21,464 bases of DNA from Nitrososphaeraceae archaeon (GTDB lineage: Archaea > Thermoproteota > Nitrososphaeria > Nitrososphaerales > Nitrososphaeraceae), in NCBI GenBank assembly GCA_035297365.1, contig DATGZA010000071.1, forward strand, positions 1 to 21,464, written 5' to 3'. The notes under the pieces were generated by a model. The model worked only from the letters and a program-made list of their open reading frames with translations, searched no databases and had not been told where the DNA came from. Shown one piece after another: positions 1 through 10,492 of the stretch; the stretch's first letter is position 1, and every line of letters starts with the position of its first letter. The position numbers and the translations under genes are program-made.

Positions 1-357
1 AACGCGAAAAAGATCTTATTTGATGCAATTAATGAAAACATGGATTCAACCTTTAATACAATAAGACAAGAATTAAAAAATTATACCAAGAAACCAGAAT
101 ACAAAAAAACTCTGGAAAGAATGGTCAACCATGCAAAAAACAATTTGGGTAAGAACGTAGTAATTCATTCTAATGCTGAGGATAGTATGACCATCAAAGC
201 TATGAACGTAACACTTGGAGCAACTATAGACACCGTGGGCGGGATTCTAGCAGAGGACAATAATGGAACACGAGAGATAGATCTGACCTTTGAAGAGTTA
301 TTAAGAACTCATGAAGATGAAGTAAAAAGTTTTCTTCTTGAGAGAATGATAAAGTAG
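1..357 (+). CDS. atpE: A/V-type ATP synthase subunit E, 5'-truncated by the window edge
   Basis: The frame is open from base 1 (NAKKILFDAINEN then M at 40), so the ATG at 40 is internal. The C-terminal signature 'TVGGILAE...EIDLTFEELL' is typical of subunit E, and the gene lies immediately upstream of subunit C. Confidence 0.88.
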   Translation, partial: NAKKILFDAINENMDSTFNTIRQELKNYTKKPEYKKTLERMVNHAKNNLGKNVVIHSNAEDSMTIKAMNVTLGATIDTVGGILAEDNNGTREIDLTFEELLRTHEDEVKSFLLERMIK

Positions 358-359
358 TA

Positions 360-1427
360 ATGACAACCTCATCATATGCCTCTTCTTTTGGAAGATTGCA
401 GGCACTCTCAATGAGCTTTTTATCTAAGGATTTTATATTAAGTCTTGCTCAAGCTAAAGATGTTGCTGAAATTATTAGAATGCTTGAATCTACATCCTAT
501 GGTCCAGAAATAGAAAAAGCAGCAGCTCTCTATTCGCCGCCAGAACTTTTAGATGTAGCTCTAAATAGACATATAGTCGATATAAACAAAATTGCTCTTG
601 AAGCTACACCGTTCAGTGGAAGGGCTGCGGTCAGAGCCTATCTTTTAAAGTGGGATATTCATAATATAGAATTAATTTTATCTTCAAAAAAAGTAGGACG
701 TGCAATAACGGAAACAGAACATTTTCTGGTATCTAGTAGAAATGTTCCTGCGGGAATCTCAGCAGGAAATATTGCACATGATGAAATGAAAATTATTTTG
801 TCGCAAACCAATGTAGAGGGCGTTGTCAATCAACTCATAAAGTATAGATATGGAACTATATTGATGCAACATCTTGATGCTTATCAAAAAACAGCCGACC
901 TTGGTCCCATGATGGCTGATCTTCAATCATATTATTATAAGTCATTACTTGAATCCTTAAAGTTTTTTCAAGGTGATGAGGGAGTAATTAGAGAATTATT
1001 TAGAGCACAAATAGATAAAAAGAACATTTTAAATGTATTAAAAGCCAGGGATTCCAATCTGGATCGAGAATTGTTAAATAAACACCTTATCGAAGGGGGG
1101 AATATTCCATTGAATATCTTGCTTGATATTTTTGGATCAAAAAATATTAATGAATTTGTAGGGAAAATACAAGAATACTACAAGTTAGATGATCTATTGG
1201 AAACTTTTATCAAGACCAACAGTCTAATAGATTTTGAGGTGGCGTTGGATAAATTTATTATTAAAACATATGTAAAAAGATTGAAAAATATATCACTCTC
1301 AATAGGAACAATTTTTCATTTTATTTTAACTGCAGAATCTGAATGGGACAACATAAAAAGAATAGCTTATGGAAAGCGTTATGACATCCCTGTTGAACGT
1401 ATAAAATCAATGCTGCTTTTGGAGTGA
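360..1427 (+). CDS. atpC: A/V-type ATP synthase subunit C (AhaC / V0 d-like)
   Basis: 355 aa with N-terminal 'YASSFGRLQA..MSFL', 'KWDIHNIELIL' and C-terminal 'ESEWDNIKRIAYGK' motifs of the AC39/subunit C family. Tightly coupled to atpE (TAG-TA-ATG). Confidence 0.93.
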   Translation: MTTSSYASSFGRLQALSMSFLSKDFILSLAQAKDVAEIIRMLESTSYGPEIEKAAALYSPPELLDVALNRHIVDINKIALEATPFSGRAAVRAYLLKWDIHNIELILSSKKVGRAITETEHFLVSSRNVPAGISAGNIAHDEMKIILSQTNVEGVVNQLIKYRYGTILMQHLDAYQKTADLGPMMADLQSYYYKSLLESLKFFQGDEGVIRELFRAQIDKKNILNVLKARDSNLDRELLNKHLIEGGNIPLNILLDIFGSKNINEFVGKIQEYYKLDDLLETFIKTNSLIDFEVALDKFIIKTYVKRLKNISLSIGTIFHFILTAESEWDNIKRIAYGKRYDIPVERIKSMLLLE

Positions 1428-1433
1428 AAAAAA

Positions 1434-1778
1434 ATGTCAACTAAACAAAAATCAGAATCAGATGGTGCTATTGCTGTGATAGGTGAAAGAGAACTTGTAA
1501 TGGGCTATCGCCTATTAGGAATAGATGATGTTTATATAGTAAATAAAGCAGATGAGGCTCTGAAAACTATGGAAAGTATTTTCTTCTCCCGTAAGTTTAA
1601 CTTGATAATCGCTAGTCAGTTTGTTAGTGCATCTCTTCCACACGTATTCAGAACAAGGGTCGAAGCATCTATTGAACCATTGGTTTTATTTATGCCCTCT
1701 TTAAAAGGAAGTGTTCAGGAAGAATCAATATCTACATTGGCTAAACGTGTACTTGGGATAAGTATTAAAATGGGTTGA
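1434..1778 (+). CDS. atpF: A/V-type ATP synthase subunit F
   Basis: 114 aa with 'IAVIGERELVMGYRLLGI' and C-terminal 'AKRVLGI' motifs. Located between C and A, with SD-like GGAGTGA at 1421-1427. Confidence 0.93.
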   Translation: MSTKQKSESDGAIAVIGERELVMGYRLLGIDDVYIVNKADEALKTMESIFFSRKFNLIIASQFVSASLPHVFRTRVEASIEPLVLFMPSLKGSVQEESISTLAKRVLGISIKMG

Positions 1779-1798
1779 TGAAGGAGTGAATTATTAGT

Positions 1799-3565
1799 AT
1801 GTCAACTGCTATTGTTTCGAGAATTTCGGGTCCAGTAGTTGTAGCAACAGATGTTGAAGCAGCAAAAATGTATGATGTTGTAAGAATTGGAGACTTAGGC
1901 CTACTCGGAGAAATTATCCGTCTTGAGGGTAATAAGGCCACAATACAGGTATACGAAGATACAACAGGACTTAGACCCGGAGAAAAAGTAATCAATACAA
2001 AGAGACCTCTATCAATGCAGCTTGGACCAGGATTGTTAACATCCATTTATGATGGAATTCAGCGTCCACTCGATGTATTAAGGCAGAAAAGCGGTGATTT
2101 TATCAGTAGAGGCAATATAATTCCCGCTTTAGACGAACATAAGAAATGGGATTTTGTCCCGATCAAGAAAAATGGTGAAAACGTTTCTCCAGGTGAAATA
2201 ATTGGAGAAGTTCAAGAAACTCCATTAATAAGTCACAAAATAATGATTCCATTTGATATTAGTGGTCAACTTTCTGAAATAACAGAAGGGAAATACACAG
2301 TTAATGAAAATGTTGCACAAGTAAAAACAAATACCGGTACTGAGGATATTGGTTTATCAAGTTGGTGGATGGTGAGAATCCCAAGACCTGTTCTTCGCAA
2401 ACTTCCACCAGAGTCTCCCTTGCTTACAGGACAGCGTGTTCTTGATACCTTTTTTCCAGTAGCAAAGGGTGGTACGGCAGCGATTCCAGGACCATTTGGA
2501 AGTGGAAAAACAGTAACTCAACAGCAACTTGCAAAGTGGGCAGACAGTAGTGTTATTGTTTACATTGGATGCGGCGAAAGAGGAAACGAAATGACTGAAA
2601 TTCTCACTACTTTTCCAAAATTGGAAGATCCAAAGTCAAAAAGACCATTGATGGAGAGAACAATTCTCGTTGCAAATACCTCTAACATGCCCGTTGCAGC
2701 CCGGGAAGCAAGTATCTATACCGGAATTACCATGGGTGAATATTATAGAGACATGGGCTATGATGTGGCCTTGATGGCAGATAGTACATCAAGGTGGGCC
2801 GAAGCATTGAGAGAAATCTCAGGCAGGCTAGAAGAAATGCCTGGAGAGGAAGGATATCCAGCTTACCTTGGAAGAAGACTAGCGGAATTTTATGAAAGGG
2901 GAGGAAAGGCAGTAGTAATATCTCCCGAAGAGCGGGTCGGTTCTCTGACTTTAGTTGGTGCAGTATCTCCACCAGGTGGAGATTTTTCTGAACCTGTTTC
3001 ACAGAATACTTTAAGAGTGACAAGGGTATTTTGGGCACTCGATGCCAATTTAGCCTCAAGAAGGCACTTTCCATCTATCAACTGGCTAACAAGTTATTCC
3101 TTGTATGCTGATGATATGACTAACTGGTACAACAATAATGTCTCTCCTGAATGGATTCCCCAACGGAAGGAAGCTTTAGAAATTTTACAAAGGGAGTCAG
3201 AATTACAGGAAATTGTTCAACTGATAGGATATGATGCATTACCTGAACCTGAAAAAGGTATTTTGGATACTGCAAGATCTATTCGAGAAGACTATCTTCA
3301 ACAAAGTGCTTATGATGAGGTCGATACTTACACCTCTATCAAAAAACAGAATTTGATGCTTTCTATGATCTTAGAATTTGGAAGAATGGAAGCTGAAGCT
3401 ATCAAGAAAGGTGTTCCATCCTCAAAAGTTGGTGCCCTTGAGGTACGAAAACTTTTATCAAAGATTAAATGGACAAAGGAAGAGGAGGTTGAACATTTAG
3501 TTAATGAGATCAAGATAAATATGAAACAACAGTTTGATAATTTGTTGCTGGAGGTAACACTTTAG
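1799..3565 (+). CDS. atpA: A/V-type ATP synthase catalytic subunit A
   Basis: 588 aa with Walker [49 protein letters not shown] and [10 protein letters not shown]. No intein. Confidence 0.99.
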   Translation: MSTAIVSRISGPVVVATDVEAAKMYDVVRIGDLGLLGEIIRLEGNKATIQVYEDTTGLRPGEKVINTKRPLSMQLGPGLLTSIYDGIQRPLDVLRQKSGDFISRGNIIPALDEHKKWDFVPIKKNGENVSPGEIIGEVQETPLISHKIMIPFDISGQLSEITEGKYTVNENVAQVKTNTGTEDIGLSSWWMVRIPRPVLRKLPPESPLLTGQRVLDTFFPVAKGGTAAIPGPFGSGKTVTQQQLAKWADSSVIVYIGCGERGNEMTEILTTFPKLEDPKSKRPLMERTILVANTSNMPVAAREASIYTGITMGEYYRDMGYDVALMADSTSRWAEALREISGRLEEMPGEEGYPAYLGRRLAEFYERGGKAVVISPEERVGSLTLVGAVSPPGGDFSEPVSQNTLRVTRVFWALDANLASRRHFPSINWLTSYSLYADDMTNWYNNNVSPEWIPQRKEALEILQRESELQEIVQLIGYDALPEPEKGILDTARSIREDYLQQSAYDEVDTYTSIKKQNLMLSMILEFGRMEAEAIKKGVPSSKVGALEVRKLLSKIKWTKEEEVEHLVNEIKINMKQQFDNLLLEVTL

Positions 3566-3567
3566 AA

Positions 3568-4971
3568 ATGTCAAATGTAGCATTTAAAACGCTCTCCAAG
3601 ATAGCTGGTCCATTGATATTTGTTGAGGGTGTTGATAATGCAGCATATGGTGAGATGGTAGAAATAAAGTTAGCCGATGGAGAACGTCGTTTAGGACAGG
3701 TACTTGATACAAAACAAGGCTTGGCAGTTGTTCAAGTATTTGGAGCCACATATGGACTTGCTACTAGTGGAACTTCAACAAAATTCTTGGGAGAAACTGC
3801 AATGATTTCCGTATCTGACGAAATGCTCGGAAGAACTTTTGATGGATTGGGAAAACCAAGAGACAATGGACCAAAAATTATATCTAAACAAAGATACGAT
3901 TTGGTAGGTTCTGGAATAAATCCTTATTCTAGAGAAGAACCATCTGAATTTATCCAGACAGGCATGTCTAACATAGACGGCATGAATACTCTTGTCAGAG
4001 GACAGAAACTTCCTATTTTTTCCGGTGCTGGCTTACCACATAATCTACTAGCAACACAGATTGCTAGACAAGCTAAAGTTCTTGGAACCTCCGAAAGTTT
4101 TTCTGTAGTATTTGCTGCAATGGGTATTACAAGTGAAGAAGCTAATTTCTTCGTAAAGCAGTTTGAAGAAAGCGGAGCACTTGGTAGAAGTGTTCTTTTC
4201 CTAAATCTATCATCTGATCCTTCAATGGAACGTATACTTACTCCAAGACTTGCGCTAACAACTGCAGAATTTCTTGCCTATGAACGCGAGATGCATGTCC
4301 TAGTTATAATGACTGACATGACCAATTATTGCGAAGCTCTACGAGAAATTTCTGCAGCACGTGAAGAGGTCCCTGGAAGAAGGGGATACCCGGGTTATAT
4401 GTATACAGATCTGTCGTCAATTTATGAACGTGCAGGAAAAATTAAAGGTAGAAAAGGTTCCGTTACACAAATTCCCATTCTTGCTATGCCTGCAGATGAT
4501 ATTACACATCCTATACCCGATCTTACTGGGTATATTACAGAAGGTCAGATAGTTTTGAGCAGAGATCTGCACAGATTGAATATTCAACCTCCAGTTGATG
4601 TACTAACGAGTCTCTCCAGATTAATGAATCAAGGGATCGGTACTGGTAGAACAAGGGAAGATCACAGAAGTCTCGCTGATCAGCTCTATGCCGTATATGC
4701 CCAAGGAAAAGATGCCAGGGGATTGGCTGCAATAGTCGGAGAGGAAGCATTAAGTGACACTGATAGAAAATTTGTTAAAATTGCTAATAATTTTGAACGT
4801 AAATTCGTAAATCAGGGAGTAAATGAAAATAGATCGATTGAACAGACTCTAGATATTGGGTGGGACCTCATAAGTGATCTGCCAGAATCCGAATTGAAAC
4901 GTATAAAGTCGGAATTTATTACAAAATATAGAAAGAAGGCTCTAGTAGAAACAGGGACAGAAGGAGCATGA
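3568..4971 (+). CDS. atpB: A/V-type ATP synthase subunit B
   Basis: 467 aa with [50 protein letters not shown] and [16 protein letters not shown]. Confidence 0.99.
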   Translation: MSNVAFKTLSKIAGPLIFVEGVDNAAYGEMVEIKLADGERRLGQVLDTKQGLAVVQVFGATYGLATSGTSTKFLGETAMISVSDEMLGRTFDGLGKPRDNGPKIISKQRYDLVGSGINPYSREEPSEFIQTGMSNIDGMNTLVRGQKLPIFSGAGLPHNLLATQIARQAKVLGTSESFSVVFAAMGITSEEANFFVKQFEESGALGRSVLFLNLSSDPSMERILTPRLALTTAEFLAYEREMHVLVIMTDMTNYCEALREISAAREEVPGRRGYPGYMYTDLSSIYERAGKIKGRKGSVTQIPILAMPADDITHPIPDLTGYITEGQIVLSRDLHRLNIQPPVDVLTSLSRLMNQGIGTGRTREDHRSLADQLYAVYAQGKDARGLAAIVGEEALSDTDRKFVKIANNFERKFVNQGVNENRSIEQTLDIGWDLISDLPESELKRIKSEFITKYRKKALVETGTEGA

Positions 4972-4981
4972 TTGCTGCATA

Positions 4982-5647
4982 ATGACCATCGCTACTGATA
5001 TTAGACCAACTCGCCTTGAATATATACGTACAAAACGTCGAATTTTGATTGCAAAGAAAGGCTTGAATCTCCTAAAACTAAAACGTCAAGCATTAATTCT
5101 TGAATTCTTTAATACGAGCAAGACTGCAGCGGCTTTAAGAGGTAGTTTACAGTCTGAACTGATAAAAGGCTATGAAAGTATCAGAATGGCTGAGATGCTG
5201 GCTGGTACAATGCAACTCGAAAATGAGGCGATGAAAATATCGCAAATGAAAAATTTGCAGATAAAATCCAAGAGTATAATGGGTGTTCACATCCCAAAGC
5301 TTACAGGTGGGGAAAGAGAATTGCTTGCTGAACATTTACTTGAACTCCCAACATCTATCAACGAAGCATTAAGAACCTTCCAAAAGATTCACAAAATTGT
5401 TTTAGAGGTAGCGGAAAAAGAAACCGCATTGAGGAAATTGCTTTATGAAATAGAGAGAACAAAGCGCAAGTCTAATGCAATAGAAAATATCTTGATTCCC
5501 AAATTACTATCTGCAGTGAAATTCATTACTTTTAGACTTGATGAGATGGAACGGGATACATTCATTATGTTGAAAACTGTAAAGAGGAAAATGGGAGAAA
5601 GAGAAGAAATGATTCGAAAGAAGGAGGAAATAAAAGTTCATGTATAA
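4982..5647 (+). CDS. atpD: A/V-type ATP synthase subunit D (central stalk)
   Basis: 221 aa with 'PTRLEY...KKGLNLLKLKRQALILEF' and 'EIERTKRKSNAIENILIP...LDEMERDTFIMLK' motifs. Confidence 0.97.
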   Translation: MTIATDIRPTRLEYIRTKRRILIAKKGLNLLKLKRQALILEFFNTSKTAAALRGSLQSELIKGYESIRMAEMLAGTMQLENEAMKISQMKNLQIKSKSIMGVHIPKLTGGERELLAEHLLELPTSINEALRTFQKIHKIVLEVAEKETALRKLLYEIERTKRKSNAIENILIPKLLSAVKFITFRLDEMERDTFIMLKTVKRKMGEREEMIRKKEEIKVHV

Positions 5648-5686
5648 TAATTATAATAATAATAAAAATAATAATAAAAATAAAAA
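5648..5686. repeat. AAT/AAAAAT low-complexity tract
   Basis: taattataataataataaaaataataataaaaataaaaa directly after the atpD stop codon. Confidence 0.6.
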
Positions 5687-5715
5687 CACCAGAGGAAATT
5701 TTGCAAATGACAAGC

Positions 5716-5732
5716 AAAAAAAGTTTTATATC
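5716..5732 (+). promoter_or_regulatory. Putative internal BRE-TATA promoter upstream of atpH-atpI
   Basis: AAAAAAAG-TTTTATATC in the only long (173 bp) intergenic gap of the operon, about 90 bp before the atpH start. SD-like AGGAG at 5807-5811. Confidence 0.45.
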
Positions 5733-5820
5733 ATTGGAAGAGCCTTTAAGATTGGAAATATCATCGGGGCAACAGTTTTGTTATTCTTTATAGGTAAACA
5801 ATTTTTAGGAGCATAAAAAT

Positions 5821-6147
5821 ATGTCAAATTCTCAGGAAGATTATTTATCTATACTAAAGCGAATTAAAGAAAAGGAAGATCAAGTACAGGTGGAAATTGA
5901 AAAACATAGACATTCTATTGAGAAAGATATAAAAGATTTACAAGAAGATCTAGAAAACGTCATCTCTGAAACAAAGATAGAAGGAAAAAAAATGGTGGAT
6001 GAAAATGTTAAACATGCTAAGCAGGAAGCTTCTAAAGAGGCTGAGCAGATTATTGGGGATGCAGAAAAAAAATCCAAATCAATCTCTTTCAATTCCGACA
6101 AACAAAATATAATGAAAATAATAGAAATTCTGCTTTCTAAAATGTGA
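5821..6147 (+). CDS. atpH: A/V-type ATP synthase subunit H (peripheral stalk)
   Basis: 108-aa, highly charged predicted coiled coil ('LKRIKEKE...AKQEASKEAEQII') between D and I. Size and position fit subunit H. Confidence 0.82.
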   Translation: MSNSQEDYLSILKRIKEKEDQVQVEIEKHRHSIEKDIKDLQEDLENVISETKIEGKKMVDENVKHAKQEASKEAEQIIGDAEKKSKSISFNSDKQNIMKIIEILLSKM

Positions 6148-6165
6148 ATAGGATGAGATACTAAC

Positions 6166-8193
6166 ATGTCAACGATACTTAAACCAGTTCCTATGGCTCG
6201 AGTAGCTGTAGTAGGCCTAAAAAAATTTAGACAACAAATATTTACTATTTTACATGAAATGAATATAATACAGCTCGAACCTCTTTCAAAAGCAACAGAT
6301 TCCTTTCTATCTAGAGAACGTGAGAGTGAATTACATAATGAAATTTCTGATCAACTACTGAGGATTAAAGGATTACTTGGTTCTCTTCCACCAACAAAAA
6401 TAGTCGGGAAATCTGGATTTTTGTCATTAAATGAATTGATTTCTACAATAAAGTCTCTCGATATAGATAGTAAAATTGCGTCTCTGGAAAGGGAAAAGGA
6501 TGATCTCACTACACAGAAAAGAGAGACAGAAAACAATATCAACCTGGTCGAAGAGTTTTCTTTCTTTCATGAAGATTTCGATATTTTAAATCTATCCTTC
6601 GCCCGTTCGTACTTTGGACGTGTTGCATCTGATAAATTTCCAGAATTTAGGAAGGAATTAGAATCTGAAAGTCCGGACATCATGATATATTCTAAAGAGA
6701 CTGATAAAATAACACATTTTGTTCTTATTATTACTCCAACCTTTAGATCGGCTTCCTTGGCGTCATCGGTTAATTCACATAATGTACATTTAGAAGCAGT
6801 TCCAAAACTTAAAGGCAAACCAGAAATTATTATTCAAAATCAGAAAAATATTAACGAGACTCTATCATCAAAATTAAATCAAATCAATAATCAGCTGTCT
6901 GAAATTTCCAAAATGCATTACAAATTTCTGAAAGGCGCAGAAGAACAACTTGAGATAGAAAACAGAAAACTAGAGATCATTGATCATCTAGGAGTAACAG
7001 AAGATGCTTTTGCATTGGAAGGATGGATACCAAAATCAAAAATAGAAAACCTAAGAACAGCTTTTAAAAAACATACTGAGGGAACAATTTTGCATGATTT
7101 GGAGAGTAAAGAAAATCCTCCAACTCTTCAGGCCACCCCAAAAAAATTGAAAGTTTATGAATCATTTGTTAGGTTTTACTCTTTGCCATCAGGTAAAGAG
7201 TTCGATCCAACGGTGATGTTCGCCCTCATTTTTCCATTTTTTTATGGTATGATGATAGGTGATGTGGGATACGGTATAGTTATATTACTTGTCTCTAAAT
7301 GGGTCATAAGAAGGGTAGAAGGTGGTAAGCGTAATTTTACCATAATGCCAAAATTTTTACGGAATTTTGCAAAGACAATCTTAAGACCTACACAAATGGT
7401 GAAGCTAGCCAAGGCAATAATTCCTGGATGTATTTTTACAATTGTACTTGGATTCTGTTTTAATCTTTATTTTGGATTCCACTTAAATCAATACCTGTTC
7501 TCATTTCTAAATGATACATTTGGGTTCAGCTTGCCGCCTGACGGTGCGCTGCTCGACCCGATTAGTACATTCGGACTACGTAAATTATTGCTAATAAGCG
7601 GGTATATAGGTCTGGGTATGGTTTCATTTGGGCTTGTACTAGGAATATTAAATGCTTTAAGGGAAGGACAGAAAAAACACGCAATCGGCAAAATTGGATG
7701 GCTTGCGTTTGGCTGGGGAATATCTCTTTTAGGATTGGCACTCATAGGACATCAAAATATAAATCCCACAGGCAGTATGACGGGAGCTGTTTATTTTGCA
7801 GTGATACTCGGGGGGTTAGGATTGATGTTTTACGGTGAAGGTGTCCGGGCTATGATGGAATTACCTTCGATAATTAGTCATATACTTTCCTATACTAGAA
7901 TTGTAGGAATAATGCTTGCATCAATTATACTCGCTGATGTAATTGATCATATTTTTCTTAGAACCATAGATAACCCACTTCCACATGTTATTCTAGGAAT
8001 ATCAATCTTCTTTATAGGTCACATTTTCAATATCATCCTTGGGGTATTCGAACCAGGCATTCAGGGTGCTAGGTTGATTTATGTTGAATTCTTTTCAAAA
8101 TTTTATCATGGTAACGGAAAACCTTACAAGCCTTTTGGGAGAAAAAGAAAATTCACATTTGATCAATATAATGTTGAAACGACCACAGGATAA
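6166..8193 (+). CDS. atpI: A/V-type ATP synthase subunit I (membrane subunit a)
   Basis: 675 aa. Soluble N-terminal half ('LKPVPMARVAVVG', 'LEGWIP'), then a TM region with 'EFDPT...FFYGMMIGDVGYG', the essential Arg in 'SHILSYTR', and 'RLIYVEFFSKFYHGNGKPYKPF'. Confidence 0.97.
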   Translation: MSTILKPVPMARVAVVGLKKFRQQIFTILHEMNIIQLEPLSKATDSFLSRERESELHNEISDQLLRIKGLLGSLPPTKIVGKSGFLSLNELISTIKSLDIDSKIASLEREKDDLTTQKRETENNINLVEEFSFFHEDFDILNLSFARSYFGRVASDKFPEFRKELESESPDIMIYSKETDKITHFVLIITPTFRSASLASSVNSHNVHLEAVPKLKGKPEIIIQNQKNINETLSSKLNQINNQLSEISKMHYKFLKGAEEQLEIENRKLEIIDHLGVTEDAFALEGWIPKSKIENLRTAFKKHTEGTILHDLESKENPPTLQATPKKLKVYESFVRFYSLPSGKEFDPTVMFALIFPFFYGMMIGDVGYGIVILLVSKWVIRRVEGGKRNFTIMPKFLRNFAKTILRPTQMVKLAKAIIPGCIFTIVLGFCFNLYFGFHLNQYLFSFLNDTFGFSLPPDGALLDPISTFGLRKLLLISGYIGLGMVSFGLVLGILNALREGQKKHAIGKIGWLAFGWGISLLGLALIGHQNINPTGSMTGAVYFAVILGGLGLMFYGEGVRAMMELPSIISHILSYTRIVGIMLASIILADVIDHIFLRTIDNPLPHVILGISIFFIGHIFNIILGVFEPGIQGARLIYVEFFSKFYHGNGKPYKPFGRKRKFTFDQYNVETTTG

Positions 8194-8210
8194 TTTTTTT
8201 TATCTTTTTT
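8194..8210 (+). terminator. Putative archaeal oligo-T terminator of the atp operon
   Basis: T8-ATC-T6 run immediately after the atpI stop codon. Confidence 0.55.
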
Positions 8211-8633
8211 GAAAAGTAATGGTTATTTTATTTGACTGTGTTAATTTTTAGACAAAATTTCAAACAAGATGCTACTTTCCTGAGTATATTTTTTACCATT
8301 CGAGATTTTAATATGTACCAGCAACTATTTGATGGAAAAAGATATATCAATTAAAGTACTTTTATAAATAAATATAAAACGAGAATCTGATTATAAAATA
8401 AAAGATACCGAAAAGCCTATATAAAATATTTACATAAAATATAATGTATTCTAAGAATTAATAATATAATGAATTCAGTAATAAACTGATTTTCTTATTT
8501 TGTCAATCATTTATATCAAATTTATGTCTATAAACAATACTCTTATTTAATAATTATCAACATCAAAGTAATCTATTTTTTTATATCATTGGATATAATT
8601 TCCTGTATATTATACCATGAATTTGGTCTTTAC

Positions 8634-8671
8634 GATCTTACTAATCTTGGAGGATCTTACTTATCTTGGAG
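8634..8671. repeat. Tandem duplication, 2 x 19 bp
   Basis: GATCTTACTAATCTTGGAG (8634-8652) and GATCTTACTTATCTTGGAG (8653-8671), one mismatch. Confidence 0.85.
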
Positions 8672-9135
8672 GAAGTTTGTAGCGGCTTATTTTTTCTTCT
8701 TTTTCATTTTATGGTATTGATCGCCTTTAATTATTTTATGTTCTACTTACTCACAGTGATATGTCTTATCAGGATTTCAGAATTATCCAATTACTTTGTA
8801 TAATTGAGATATGTGAATATTTTGATTGTTCCTTGATGAATAATTTCAAGTCATTATCTTTTTAGAAAAAACATGTATTTGCTTGTGAGGAAGATTACTA
8901 ATTATAAATTTTAAATCATTTATTTCATACATATAAGTTACGATCATGTACTATTATAAATCAACATCGGAGAGTGACCCAAGAAATGGAATAAGTATAT
9001 GATTTTAATGAACTGAAAAGTTATTCAATTTCAAGAACTGGTAATTCATCTTTAAAAACCATTAATCACTAATGATGGAAACGACGTTTCAAAGCAGTTT
9101 ACTATGGAATATCTCTCTTTTGGAGGAGCAGGATA

Positions 9136-9339
9136 GTGCTTTTACGTTTATCAGAAGATTCAAAAATACCTGAAAATGTATCCTTAGAAGAGGATAATAA
9201 GACCTTAGAAATTGAAGGTAAAAATTTGAAAGTTAACAAAGATGTGAAAAAGGAAAACAGAAAATATAGAAGTGCGAAGATTTGGAATGTAAAAACAAAT
9301 TCTCATATAAATTCAGAACAGGTAATATCGATGAGCTAA
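9136..9339 (+). CDS. Possible small hypothetical protein or gene fragment
   Basis: 67-aa ORF with GTG start and GGAGG at 9122-9126. K/E/N-rich with no recognisable motif; may be the tail of a decayed gene. Confidence 0.25.
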   Translation: MLLRLSEDSKIPENVSLEEDNKTLEIEGKNLKVNKDVKKENRKYRSAKIWNVKTNSHINSEQVISMS

Positions 9340-9940
9340 TAATTAAACAGACAAATCAAAATAATTTTGATCTATTGGTTTTAACAACTTTACACAGATT
9401 CACTCGTGGACACGATCTCTTTCAATGAGGTTTGGAAAAATAATCAGTAATAGAAAGATGTTATGTTTAATAATACCATGACATTTATATTATTAAAATA
9501 ATCTAACCAAGTCCAAGCTTTTTAAATTTTAAATGGACAATATATTTGAAAGGATTTTGCTTATATTTTGATGGCAACGTTTTATTTATAACATCATCGT
9601 ATATGGTTTAGACGTTTGAATATTAAAATCACTAAATTTTAAGGAAGGTAGTATGAATAATACCATGTAACTTCGGAAATAACTGCTAAGTGGTTCTCTT
9701 TATAAAATTTGACACCCAATTTTAGATTTAGTACATGTTAATGTAATCTGAATAATATTTTTTTAGGTTGTTCCAAAAAAAAATTTTTGATCAGAATATC
9801 AATAAAACTTAGAGTGCACCTCTTCCTGTATTTATGACTATGTAGTGCTATGACGGTACAAATTATTTCTATTATTTGTGTGTACTAGTTATATTCTCTC
9901 TTGACTATTAATTACAATTTTCTTTCAATTAGTATATTCT

Positions 9941-9950
9941 CTTAAATATT
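9941..9950 (+). promoter_or_regulatory. TATA box of the VOC-family gene
   Basis: CTTAAATATT about 23-32 bp upstream of ATG 9973, the spacing of a leaderless or short-leader archaeal transcript. Confidence 0.5.
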
Positions 9951-9972
9951 ACTTTAGCTAATATATTATAAG

Positions 9973-10476
9973 ATGATAGAGGTTAGCCCTATCCGAGAGG
10001 GTTATCATACAGTAACTCCGTGTTTGGTAGTAAAAAATGGGAATGAAGCTATAGAATTTTATAAACGAGCGTTCAATATTGTTGAAAGCTTTAGAAATTA
10101 TGCACCAGATGAAAAGAGAATAATGTATGCAGAGTTAAAACTTGGCGATTCTATAATTATATTATCTGACGAATTTCCTGACATGGGTTGTTACTCTCCG
10201 TTATCTATTGGTGGAAGTGCTGTATCTTTATATGTTTACGTTCTTGATGCAGATAAAGTATTTAATGAGGCATTATTAGCTGGTGCACAGGAGATAGTAC
10301 GTGTAATGGACGCACCTTGGGGAGACAGATGTGGACAGTTAAAAGACCCTTATGGTCATATTTGGTCGATAGCTACACATAAAATAGATATGTCTCCAGA
10401 GGAAATGGAAAAAGAATGTAGAAAATCGCTCTCAAAGCTACAAAGACCTCTAAAAAATCAGCAACAATATGAGTGA
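9973..10476 (+). CDS. VOC family protein (glyoxalase/bleomycin resistance, PhnB-like)
   Basis: 'GYHTVTPCLVVKNGNEAIEFYKRAF', 'IMYAELKLGDSIIILSDEFP' and 'DAPWGDRCGQLKDPYGHIWSIATH' are hallmark motifs of the PhnB-like VOC subgroup. Confidence 0.92.
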   Translation: MIEVSPIREGYHTVTPCLVVKNGNEAIEFYKRAFNIVESFRNYAPDEKRIMYAELKLGDSIIILSDEFPDMGCYSPLSIGGSAVSLYVYVLDADKVFNEALLAGAQEIVRVMDAPWGDRCGQLKDPYGHIWSIATHKIDMSPEEMEKECRKSLSKLQRPLKNQQQYE

Positions 10477-10492
10477 ATAAATAAATGATGCT

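Noticed and set aside
2489-2593. Possible VMA intein in atpA (known insertion sites at GSGK/T and G/CGERG)
   Set aside because: Both motifs are uninterrupted and the protein has the normal 588-aa length.
1765-7745. Antisense or alternative-frame ORFs inside the atp genes (1765-2046, 2727-3074, 2890-3081, 3328-3513, 4361-4552, 4535-4750, 5147-5335, 5880-6167, 6351-6542, 6567-6818, 7488-7745)
   Set aside because: They overlap well-supported ATPase genes and have no recognisable motifs; shadow ORFs.
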